Source: Xanthobacteraceae bacterium
GTDB lineage: Bacteria > Pseudomonadota > Alphaproteobacteria > Rhizobiales > Xanthobacteraceae
Length of the DNA stretch: 64,000 bases
NCBI GenBank assembly: GCA_049651165.1
Contig: JBASBO010000216.1
Location: forward strand, 192-64,191
Direction: 5' to 3'
Position numbers and translations under genes: made by a program
Notes under the pieces: model-generated
What the model was told of the DNA's origin: nothing
Seen by the model: only the letters and a program-made list of their open reading frames with translations
Databases searched by the model: none
Part shown: positions 9,452-18,556 of the stretch, in pieces
How positions within the stretch are numbered: the stretch's first letter is position 1
Layout of the letters: each line of letters begins with the position of its first letter

Positions 9452-9480
9452 AATATGGGCATGTTCCGGGATCGTTCAAG
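9452..9480 (-). promoter_or_regulatory. candidate RpoH (sigma-32)-type heat-shock promoter for hsp20-DUF1150
   Basis: The minus strand reads CTTGAA-N15-CCCATATT about 90 nt upstream of the hsp20 ATG. This closely resembles the sigma-32 consensus CTTGAA-N13-17-CCCCATNT. Motif match only. Confidence 0.4.
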
Positions 9481-9515
9481 CACTCCGTTGCCGCTGCCTA
9501 TCTCCTTGAAAGAAA

Positions 9516-10601
<1,086 letters not shown>

Positions 10602-10607
10602 GTGAAC

Positions 10608-11459
10608 CTACTTCTCCGTCTCCACCAGTCCGCGCACGAACAGCTTCTGCATCACGATGACGACCAGCACCGGCGGCAGCATCGCCAGGATCGAGGTCGC
10701 CATCACCACAGGCCATTCGGTCAGCGCGTCGGAGGTGACGATCATCTTGCGGATGCCGACCTGAATCGTCTGCATGTCGTCGCGCGTGGTGATGAGCAGC
10801 GGCCACAGATATTGATTCCAGCCGTAGATGAACAGGATCACGAACAGCGCCGCCATGTTGGTGCGTGACAGCGGCAGCAGCGTATCCTTGAAGAAGCGGA
10901 ACGGTCCCGCGCCGTCGATCCGCGAGGCTTCCAGGAGTTCGTCCGGTATCGTCATGAAGAACTGCCGGAACAACAGCGTCGCGGTGGCGGAGGCGATCAG
11001 CGGCAGCGCCAGTCCGGAATAGCTGTCGAGCAAATTGAGGTCGGCGGCGATCTTGTAGGTCGGATAGATGCGCACTTCCACCGGCAGCATCAGCGTGATG
11101 AAGATGATCCAGAATATCGTCATGCGGAACGGGAAGCGGAAGAACACGATGGCGTAGGCGGACAGGATCGAGATCGCGATCTTGCCGAGCGCGATCGAGA
11201 GCGCCATCACCATCGAGTTGAGCAGCATGGTGCCGACCGGCTCGCGCGTGGTGCCGGAGGAGCCGACGAACAGTGTCCTGTAATAGGTCTCGATGAAGTG
11301 GCCGCCGGGCAATAGCGACATCTGGCCGTTGGCGATCGCCGCGTTGTCCTGGGTCGAGGCGACGAAGGCGAGATAGACCGGAAACGCCACGATGGCGATG
11401 CCGATCCACAGGACGACATGTGCGACGTAACGCCGGATGCCCTCGTTCTCGACCATCAA
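10608..11459 (-). CDS. ugpE: sn-glycerol-3-phosphate ABC transporter permease
   Basis: 283-aa, 6-TM MalG-type permease with the EAA loop ([24 protein letters not shown]). Overlaps ugpA by 4 nt. Confidence 0.88.
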   Translation of the reverse strand: MMVENEGIRRYVAHVVLWIGIAIVAFPVYLAFVASTQDNAAIANGQMSLLPGGHFIETYYRTLFVGSSGTTREPVGTMLLNSMVMALSIALGKIAISILSAYAIVFFRFPFRMTIFWIIFITLMLPVEVRIYPTYKIAADLNLLDSYSGLALPLIASATATLLFRQFFMTIPDELLEASRIDGAGPFRFFKDTLLPLSRTNMAALFVILFIYGWNQYLWPLLITTRDDMQTIQVGIRKMIVTSDALTEWPVVMATSILAMLPPVLVVIVMQKLFVRGLVETEK

Positions 11460-12337
11460 TACGTCACCTTGCGTTCGACGAAGCGGAACTGGATCGCGGT
11501 GAGGGCGATGACGATGCCCATCAGGATCACCGATTGCGCCGCCGAGGAGCCGAGATTGCCGCCGAGCAGGCCGTCGGAATAGACCTTGTAGACCAGCGTT
11601 TCGGTAGCCTTGGCCGGGCCGCCGCGAGTCATGGTGTCGATGACGCCGAAGGTGTCGAAGAAGGCATAGACCACGTTGATGACGATCAGGAAGAAGATGG
11701 TCGGCGACAGCAGCGGAAAGGTGATGGTCCAGAATCGCCGCAGCGGCCGCGCGCCGTCGATGGCGGCGGCCTCATGCACGCTTTTCGGGATTGCCTGAAG
11801 CCCGGCGAGGAAGAACAGGAAATTGTAGGATATCTGTTTCCACGCCGAGGCGAGGATGATGAGCGACGCCGCCTGATTGCCGTCGAGCAGCGGATTCCAG
11901 TCGACGCCGAGCGCCCGCAAGCCGTGCGCCAGCACGCCGAGCGAGGGGTTGAGCATGAAGACCCACAGCACGCCGGCGACCGGCGGCGCCACCGCGTAGG
12001 GCCAGATCAGCAGCGTGCGGTAGAGACCGGCGGCGCGCAGCGGCTTGTCGGCCATCACCGCCAGCAGTAGCGCCGACGACAGCGACAGGCCGGCGATCGC
12101 GGCCGCGAACACGAAGGTCCGCACCACCGAGGCGAAGTAATCCGGCTCGCTCAGCAACTCCTTGTAGTTGTCGAACCAGACGAAGACGGTGGACAGCCCG
12201 AACGCGTCCTGCAACAGGAACGATTGCAGCACCGCCTGCCCCGCCGGCCAGTAGAAGAAGATCAGCACCACCGCCATCTGCGGCGCGATCAGCACCCATG
12301 GCAGCCAGCGGGAATGGAAGACGGATTGCTTCTGCAT
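11456..12337 (-). CDS. ugpA: sn-glycerol-3-phosphate ABC transporter permease
   Basis: MalF-type permease with the EAA loop ([24 protein letters not shown]). Start chosen at [14 protein letters not shown] (cat 12335-12337). A GTG at 12361 is the alternative. Confidence 0.87.
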   Translation of the reverse strand: MQKQSVFHSRWLPWVLIAPQMAVVLIFFYWPAGQAVLQSFLLQDAFGLSTVFVWFDNYKELLSEPDYFASVVRTFVFAAAIAGLSLSSALLLAVMADKPLRAAGLYRTLLIWPYAVAPPVAGVLWVFMLNPSLGVLAHGLRALGVDWNPLLDGNQAASLIILASAWKQISYNFLFFLAGLQAIPKSVHEAAAIDGARPLRRFWTITFPLLSPTIFFLIVINVVYAFFDTFGVIDTMTRGGPAKATETLVYKVYSDGLLGGNLGSSAAQSVILMGIVIALTAIQFRFVERKVTY

Positions 12338-12342
12338 GGAGG

Positions 12343-12750
12343 TTAACGTCTCTCCATGCACTTCCCCTCCCCCCGCTCTTGCGGTGGGGAGGGGGCAGGG
12401 GTGGGGGGTGACACTCGGAGAGCGTCAATGATGACCTCAAGCACGCCGTCGATATTGCCGAGGACGTCGTTGTTCCAGAACCGGAGCACGCGATAGCCGC
12501 GCGCTTCGAGATCGGCCGTGCGCGTTGCGTCGACGGCGCTCCCTGCATGTTGGCCGCCATCGACCTCGATCACGAGCCGGTTCGTATGACAGGCGAAGTC
12601 CGCGAAGTAGGGACCGATCGTGGCTTGACGTCGAAAGTGCGCCGCGCAAGGCAAGGCTCGCAACCGCCGCCAGAGCTTGCGTTCGGCATCGGTCGGATTT
12701 TGTCGAAGATTGCGTGCGCGCGGAACGCGACGGTCAACTGAGCGAGGCAT
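12343..12750 (-). CDS. DUF559 endonuclease-domain protein (Vsr/restriction-endonuclease-like fold)
   Basis: [90 protein letters not shown] is a typical DUF559 core. Start set at MPRSVDRR (cat 12748-12750). The ORF can also be extended to 12816 or 12846 through the right repeat arm. Its C-terminus reads through the left arm. Confidence 0.8.
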   Translation of the reverse strand: MPRSVDRRVPRARNLRQNPTDAERKLWRRLRALPCAAHFRRQATIGPYFADFACHTNRLVIEVDGGQHAGSAVDATRTADLEARGYRVLRFWNNDVLGNIDGVLEVIIDALRVSPPTPAPSPPQERGEGKCMERR

Positions 12751-12805
12751 TCGTGGCGTCCCCCCACCCCCGACCCCTCCCCGCCGCAAGAGCGGGGGGA
12801 GGGGA
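12363..12805 (-). mobile_element. putative miniature cassette: DUF559 ORF bounded by 46-nt imperfect terminal inverted repeats
   Basis: 12363-12408 'tcccctccccccgctcttgcggtggggagggggcaggggtgggggg' versus the reverse complement of 12760-12805 'tcccctccccccgctcttgcggcggggaggggtcgggggtgggggg': 43/46 identical by hand alignment. Located in the ugpB-ugpA spacer. No transposase is present. Mobility is inferred, not shown. Confidence 0.4.
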
Positions 12806-12864
12806 GCATGGTGCATCGCGTCGAAACGAAGCCGATCAGCGCCCACGGTTTCCAGCGCCGCCGA

Positions 12865-14193
12865 TTACTTCGCCACCGTCCGCTCGAACTGGCGCAGCAT
12901 GGTGTTGCCGCGCGACACGGCGGCGTCGAGCGCCTCCTTGGCGGTCTTCTTGCCGGCCAGCGCCTGCTCGATTTCCTCGGCCCAGACGTCGCGCAACTGC
13001 ACCATGTTGCCGAGCCGGAGTCCGCGCGAGTTTTCCGTCGGCTCCTTGTTGGTCAGTTCCTTCAGCGGCGTTTCGAGATAGGGGTGATCCTCGTAATAGC
13101 CCTCCGCCTTGGCCTTGGCGTAAGCCGCCTTGGTGATCGGCAGGTAGCCTGACGCCTTGTGGATCGCGACCTGACGGTCGGTGTCGGAAAGGAAGGCGAA
13201 GAACTTGGCGACGCCCTTGTATTCCTGCGCCGTCTTGCCGCCCATCACCCACAGCGAGGCGCCGCCGATGATCGAGTTCTGCGGCGCGCCCTTGACGTCC
13301 GGATAGTAAGGCATCGGCGCGTTGGTCCAGTTGAACTTGGCCTGCGACTTGACGTTGCCGAAGAAGCCCGACGAGGTCAGGAAGATCGGACACTCGCCGG
13401 AGGTGAAGCGTCCCTCGCCGGTGTTGGTGCGGCCGGAATAGTCGTAGGTCTTGTCCTTCTGCAACTCGATCAGCTTCTCCAGATGCCTGACCTGAAGCGG
13501 ACCGTTGAACTCCAGCACGGTGTCGAAGCCGTCGAGGCCGTTGGCCTTGGTCGCGAGCGGCACGTTGTGCCAGGCCGAGAGCTGCTCGATGTTGACCCAG
13601 GTGACCCAGGCGTTGGAGAAACCGCAAGTGGCGTAGCCGGCGGCCTTCAGCTTCTTGGCGTCCTCGAACACCTCCGGCCAGGTTTTCGGAATTTCGGCGA
13701 TGTTGGCTTTCTTCAGCGCGTCGAGATTGATCCACATCACCGTCGACGACGAGTTGAAGGGGAACGACAGCATTTCGCCCTTCGAGGTCGAATAGTAGCC
13801 GGTGATCGCCGGCAGATTGGCGTTGGGATCGAACTTCTCGCCGGTCTCCTTCATGAGCTGGTAGACCGGCTTCACCGCGCCCTTGGCGGCCATCATGGTG
13901 GCGGTGCCGACTTCGAACACCTGCATGATGTGCGGCGCATTGCCGGCGCGGAAGGCGGCGATGCCGGCGTTCATGGTGTCGGCGTAGCCGCCCTTGTAGG
14001 TCGGCACTACCTTGTAGTCTTTCTGCGAGGCATTGAAGTCGTTGGCGAGCTTGACGACGACGTCGTTGTTGCCGCCGGTCATGGCGTGCCACCACTGGAT
14101 TTCGGTCGCGGCAACGGCCGGCGTGACCAGCGCCGGGGTCAGGGCAAGGGCCAGCGTGGCGGCGGCTGCGGCGGCAAGCTGTCGGATCGGCAT
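12865..14193 (-). CDS. ugpB: sn-glycerol-3-phosphate ABC transporter substrate-binding protein
   Basis: Start at MPIRQLAAAAAATLALALTPALVTPAVAATEIQWWHAMTGG (cat 14191-14193, GGAGGAA 5 nt upstream). This gives a signal peptide plus a family-1 solute-binding fold. The ORF-track extension to 14328 was rejected. Confidence 0.9.
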   Translation of the reverse strand: MPIRQLAAAAAATLALALTPALVTPAVAATEIQWWHAMTGGNNDVVVKLANDFNASQKDYKVVPTYKGGYADTMNAGIAAFRAGNAPHIMQVFEVGTATMMAAKGAVKPVYQLMKETGEKFDPNANLPAITGYYSTSKGEMLSFPFNSSSTVMWINLDALKKANIAEIPKTWPEVFEDAKKLKAAGYATCGFSNAWVTWVNIEQLSAWHNVPLATKANGLDGFDTVLEFNGPLQVRHLEKLIELQKDKTYDYSGRTNTGEGRFTSGECPIFLTSSGFFGNVKSQAKFNWTNAPMPYYPDVKGAPQNSIIGGASLWVMGGKTAQEYKGVAKFFAFLSDTDRQVAIHKASGYLPITKAAYAKAKAEGYYEDHPYLETPLKELTNKEPTENSRGLRLGNMVQLRDVWAEEIEQALAGKKTAKEALDAAVSRGNTMLRQFERTVAK

Positions 14194-14244
14194 CGCGTTC
14201 CTCCGGAGTAGGGCCATCTTCTTTTTGCGCGATAACAGCGCCGG

Positions 14245-14262
14245 ATGACGTTGAAGTGACCA
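14245..14262 (-). promoter_or_regulatory. possible Pho box upstream of ugpB
   Basis: The minus strand reads GGTCACttcaacGTCATcc: two GTCA(C/T) half sites spaced exactly 11 bp, about 55-70 nt upstream of the ugpB ATG. ugp operons are classical PhoB targets. Weak motif match only. Confidence 0.25.
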
Positions 14263-14562
14263 ACCGAACATTCGAATGATCGGATGGTAAGGGCGAAGCC
14301 GGCCCGAAGGAAAGGAGAAAAATCTCATTTCCCGCAGACCTTAATGCAACGGCTCCGCCACGCGGCCCCGTCGGCGGACGACCGCGCCCCGCTTTCCGGT
14401 CGGGCGTGCAAGCGGCGCACCACGGCCGTCGCGCATGGCTTCCATTCGCCGGCCGGTTTTTGCTGCACCGCCGTTTGACCCGCCGCGCGCCCGGAGTATG
14501 GTCCCTCACCGCTCGTTCGGTTCCCGCCGGACCGCTCAACGCTGCTTTTCGAGGATCCCGCC

Positions 14563-16401
14563 ATGCCCGCCTACCGCTCCCGCACCTCCACCCACGGCCG
14601 CAACATGGCCGGCGCACGCGGGCTGTGGCGCGCCACCGGCATGAAGAACGAGGATTTCGGCAAGCCGATCATCGCGGTGGTGAACTCCTTCACCCAGTTC
14701 GTGCCGGGCCACGTCCACCTCAAGGACCTCGGCCAGCTCGTGGCGCGGGAGATCGAGCAGGCCGGCGGCGTCGCCAAGGAGTTCAACACCATCGCGGTCG
14801 ACGACGGCATCGCCATGGGCCACGACGGCATGCTTTACAGCCTGCCCTCGCGCGAGATCATCGCCGACAGCGTCGAATACATGGTCAACGCCCATTGCGC
14901 CGACGCCATGGTGTGCATCTCCAATTGCGACAAGATCACCCCCGGCATGTTGATGGCGGCGCTGCGCCTCAACGTCCCCGTGGTGTTCGTCTCCGGCGGG
15001 CCGATGGAGTCCGGCAAGGTCGTTCTCGACGGCAAGGTCAAGTCGATCGACCTGATCGACGCCATGGTCGCCGCCGCCGACGACACCGTGAGCGATGCCG
15101 ACGTCGAGGTGATCGAGCGCTCAGCCTGCCCGACCTGCGGCTCGTGCTCGGGCATGTTCACCGCCAACTCGATGAACTGCCTCACCGAGGCGCTTGGCCT
15201 CGCGCTGCCCGGCAACGGCTCGGTGCTCGCCACCCACGCCGACCGCAGGGGTCTGTTCGTCGAGGCAGGCCACCTGATCGTCGATCTGGCGCGGCGTTAC
15301 TACGAGCAGAACGACGAGAGCGCGCTGCCGCGCAATATCGCGAGCTTCAAGGCGTTCGAGAACGCGATGACGCTCGACATCTCGATGGGCGGCTCCACCA
15401 ACACCGTGCTGCATCTGCTCGCCGCCGCCTATGAGGGCGAGGTGCCGTTCACCATGCAGGACATCGACCGGCTGTCGCGCCGCGTGCCGGTGTTGTGCAA
15501 GGTCGCGCCCTCGGTGCCCGACGTGCATCTCGAAGACGTGCATCGCGCCGGCGGCATCATGGGCATTCTGGGCGAACTCGACCGCGCCGGGCTGATCGAC
15601 GCCAGCCTGCCGACGGTTCACAGCAAGTCGATGAAGGACGCGCTGGAGCGCTGGGACATCAAGCGCACCAAAAGCGACAGCGTACGCACCTTCTATCGCG
15701 CCGCGCCCGGCGGCGTGCGCACCGAAGTCGCGTTCAGCCAGGAGCGGCGCTTCGACGACCTCGACGCCGATCGCGAAGGGGGCTGCATTCGCGGCGCCGA
15801 ACATGCCTTCTCGAAGGATGGCGGGCTCGCGGTGCTGTTCGGCAACATCGCGCGCGACGGCTGCATCGTGAAAACCGCCGGTGTCGACGACAGCATTCTT
15901 AAATTCTCCGGCCCCGCTCGCATCTTCGAGAGCCAGGATGCGGCGGTGGACGCCATCCTCACCAACAAGATCAAGGCGGGCGATGTCGTTGTGATCCGCT
16001 ACGAGGGACCGCGCGGCGGGCCGGGAATGCAGGAGATGCTGTATCCGACCAGCTACCTGAAATCGAAGGGGCTGGGCAAAGCCTGCGCGCTGATTACCGA
16101 TGGTCGCTTCTCCGGCGGCACCTCGGGCCTTTCCATCGGCCACGTCTCGCCGGAAGCGGCGGAGGGCGGCGCGATCGGTCTGGTCGCGGAAGGCGACCGC
16201 ATCGAGATCGACATTCCCAACCGCAAGATTCATCTCGCGGTGGACGACGCCGAGCTTGAGCGCCGCCGCGCGGCGATGGACGCGCGTGGCGATGATGCGT
16301 GGAAGCCGGGTCCGCGCAAGCGCCGCATCACCATGGCGCTCAAGTCCTACGCCGCTCATGCCACCAGCGCCGCGCTCGGCGCTGTGCGCGTGGTGAAGTA
16401 A
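14563..16401 (+). CDS. ilvD: dihydroxy-acid dehydratase
   Basis: 612 aa. [27 protein letters not shown]..., [32 protein letters not shown] and [21 protein letters not shown] are all canonical IlvD motifs. Confidence 0.96.
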   Translation: MPAYRSRTSTHGRNMAGARGLWRATGMKNEDFGKPIIAVVNSFTQFVPGHVHLKDLGQLVAREIEQAGGVAKEFNTIAVDDGIAMGHDGMLYSLPSREIIADSVEYMVNAHCADAMVCISNCDKITPGMLMAALRLNVPVVFVSGGPMESGKVVLDGKVKSIDLIDAMVAAADDTVSDADVEVIERSACPTCGSCSGMFTANSMNCLTEALGLALPGNGSVLATHADRRGLFVEAGHLIVDLARRYYEQNDESALPRNIASFKAFENAMTLDISMGGSTNTVLHLLAAAYEGEVPFTMQDIDRLSRRVPVLCKVAPSVPDVHLEDVHRAGGIMGILGELDRAGLIDASLPTVHSKSMKDALERWDIKRTKSDSVRTFYRAAPGGVRTEVAFSQERRFDDLDADREGGCIRGAEHAFSKDGGLAVLFGNIARDGCIVKTAGVDDSILKFSGPARIFESQDAAVDAILTNKIKAGDVVVIRYEGPRGGPGMQEMLYPTSYLKSKGLGKACALITDGRFSGGTSGLSIGHVSPEAAEGGAIGLVAEGDRIEIDIPNRKIHLAVDDAELERRRAAMDARGDDAWKPGPRKRRITMALKSYAAHATSAALGAVRVVK

Positions 16402-16418
16402 GGCCGTCGCCTTATTAA

Positions 16419-16444
16419 GGTGCGCGACTTTCGTCGCGCGCACC
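16419..16444 (+). terminator. imperfect GC-rich hairpin after ilvD (terminator-like, no U-tract)
   Basis: ggtgcgcgac-tttc-gtcgcgcgcacc, with a 2-nt bulge, 18 nt after the ilvD stop. Lies between convergent ilvD and ptsN. Confidence 0.3.
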
Positions 16445-16568
16445 TGCGCGGGGACGACACGCTGAGGGCGATTTGTTTGCCGCGTTTCGCGTCAGTCTGT
16501 CAGGATGGCGCGACCCGATTGATCCGAGCTTGTTGCACCTTGCGCGATCTAAATCCAACCGTTGCGCG

Positions 16569-17030
16569 TCACGCCACCGTCGCCGGCGGCATGGCCAGCA
16601 CCGAATAGATCGCCTGCGCGTCGGTCGAGGCGCGCAGCTTGCGCGCCACGTCCTGATCGCGCAACAGTCGCGCGATCTTGGCCAACGCCTTCAGGTGATC
16701 GGCGCCCGCGCCTTCCGGTGCCAGCAGCAGGAACAACAGATCGACCGGCTGGCTGTCCATCGCCTCGAAATCGATCGGCCGCTCAAGCCGCGCGAACAGG
16801 CCGAACAGTTTTTCCAGTTTCGGCAGCTTGCCGTGCGGAATCGCGATGCCGTAGCCGACGGCGGTGGTGCCGAGCTTTTCCCGCTGCAACAGCACCTCGA
16901 AGATCGCGCGCTCGCTCTGCCCGGTCAGTTCGGCGGCGCGCGCGGCAAGCTCCTGCAATGCCTGCTTCTTGCTGTTGACCTTCAATGCCGGAAGAATCGC
17001 CTCGGGCGCGACCAGATCCGTAATCATCAT
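16569..17030 (-). CDS. ptsN: PTS IIA-like nitrogen regulatory protein (EIIA-Ntr)
   Basis: 153 aa. ...REKLGTTAVGYGIAIPHGKL contains the phosphorylatable His region of EIIA-Ntr. Located in the rpoN-hpf-ptsN neighbourhood. Confidence 0.9.
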   Translation of the reverse strand: MMITDLVAPEAILPALKVNSKKQALQELAARAAELTGQSERAIFEVLLQREKLGTTAVGYGIAIPHGKLPKLEKLFGLFARLERPIDFEAMDSQPVDLLFLLLAPEGAGADHLKALAKIARLLRDQDVARKLRASTDAQAIYSVLAMPPATVA

Positions 17031-17701
17031 GGAGCATTCCGAGAAAGAGGCGTTGACCGCCGATTGCGAAACGAGGTTTGGATTTGCACGATGCGTGCGT
17101 GCTTCCTCAGGTGGAAGCCACGCCCGCCGCCGTTCGAAGTTGCTTCGGCTTCATCATCCCAGCCATTCTAGCACCCCTACCCACGCCTGCCAGAGCCTTT
17201 GCGCCGCCGACCGGAAACAGGACACCGCGCGCTTCGATTTCGCTTCGATCTGCATTTGTCGCGCGAACCGGCTTCGGCTTCGCGCCAAATCGCCGTCGAA
17301 TGCGAGTTCGGCCGTGTCCCTCAATGATGGCCGTCCCTGTCAAGGCGGCGGACCATAGGGACCGCCTTACGAGGCGTCAACGGCGATTGCAAGCATGTTG
17401 ACCATAAAACCTGTCCAAAGCCGCCGACCGGATACTGCACAAGCCGTGCCGATGTGCGGCGCGGAATCCGGTTCCCGTCAGCGCGGCCGCACCAAACACC
17501 GACGCCGTCATGCTTTTTCGTATCGCGCGGAAACAGCCGCGTCGCCGGTGCTGCGCCGCGGCCGTCTCGCCGGGCTTTACAGCAGGCTTTATTTCCCAGC
17601 CGCTATTTCGGGAAGCCTGTCTTTTCCGAAGTCATCTTCCGTCGCATTTTCACCTTCCGCAGTCCGATTCAGCGGCATGGTCAGGTGGCGCGGAGGCGCG
17701 C

Positions 17702-18322
17702 TTATGAGGCGCGCGGCTGCACCTCCGGCGGATCGATCCAGCCGATGTTGCCGTCGGCGCGGCGATAGATGATGTTCACGCGGCCCGAGCCGCCGTGCTG
17801 GAACACGATGACCGCCGCGCCGGTGAAATCCAATTCCATCACCGCCTCGCTCACCGACATACGCTTTAGCGACGATGTCGTCTCGGCGATGATGACAGGA
17901 TTGTACGCGGTGACTTCGTCGTTGCTGTCCTCATCATGCGACAGCGCTTCCAGCACGTAACTGCGGGCGTCGAGCGGTGCCGCGCCGCGCTCGGCCTTGA
18001 TCGCGGCGTCGGCGTAGGGCTTGCGCGCGGAGCGATCCTTGAGGCGGCTCTTGTAGCGGCGCAGTCGCTTCTCGATCTGGATGAGCGCCTGGTCCGCGCT
18101 GGCGTAAGCATCGGCCGCATTGGATTCCGCTTCCAGCGTGATGCCGGAATCCAGATGCAGCGCGCAATCGGTCTTGAATCCGAAGCCGTCCTTGCTGAAG
18201 GTCATGTGACCGGAGTAGTTGCCATCGAAATACTTGCGCAGCACTTCCTCGGTGCGGTCGCTGACGCGGCCGCGCAAGGCTTCACCGATATTGATGCGTT
18301 TGCCCGAGACTCGAATGCTCAT
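17702..18322 (-). CDS. hpf: ribosome hibernation-promoting factor (long HPF)
   Basis: MSIRVSGKRINIGEALRGRVSDRTEEVLRKYFDG...ADAYASADQALIQIEKRLRRYKSRLKDR plus a C-terminal dimerisation domain (YNPVIIAETTSSLKRMSVSEAVMELD). Directly downstream of rpoN. Confidence 0.9.
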   Translation of the reverse strand: MSIRVSGKRINIGEALRGRVSDRTEEVLRKYFDGNYSGHMTFSKDGFGFKTDCALHLDSGITLEAESNAADAYASADQALIQIEKRLRRYKSRLKDRSARKPYADAAIKAERGAAPLDARSYVLEALSHDEDSNDEVTAYNPVIIAETTSSLKRMSVSEAVMELDFTGAAVIVFQHGGSGRVNIIYRRADGNIGWIDPPEVQPRAS

Positions 18323-18556
18323 GTCGTACCTCGTTTCATCACACCTGATAGAGCGGATTCAATGCCGCTCATGCGCGGTCGCGATTCGGACGATGCGACG
18401 CGCACATGACGGAGTATTCCGGTGAATGAGGTTGCAATCAAGCCCGTTCGGTGTCGCGGCGATGACCTCGGCGTGATCGCGAGCGGCGGTGACATATATG
18501 GAATGGATGCCAACGCATGAATAAAGCGGCGTGGATGTTGACGCGCGCCTTAAGTA

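Noticed and set aside
12363-12805. G/C-rich repeated arms considered as a possible CRISPR-like or tandem repeat array
   Set aside because: There are only two copies, in inverted (not direct) orientation, flanking a protein-coding ORF. There is no spacer-repeat periodicity and there are no cas genes. No CRISPR array exists anywhere in the window.
12836-14617. 593-aa minus-strand ORF overlapping ugpB and running into the ilvD promoter region
   Set aside because: It is out of frame with the clearly real ugpB. It is extremely Arg/Gly/Pro-rich (e.g. RRRRQARQRLQ) and lacks any fold signature. It is an alternative-frame artefact.
17107-17343. 78-aa minus-strand ORF (and a 43-aa ORF near 17380-17510) in the hpf-ptsN spacer as possible small genes
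   Set aside because: There is no RBS, no recognisable motif, and the composition resembles neighbouring non-coding frames. Evidence is insufficient to call a CDS. The spacer as a whole is reported as a finding instead.
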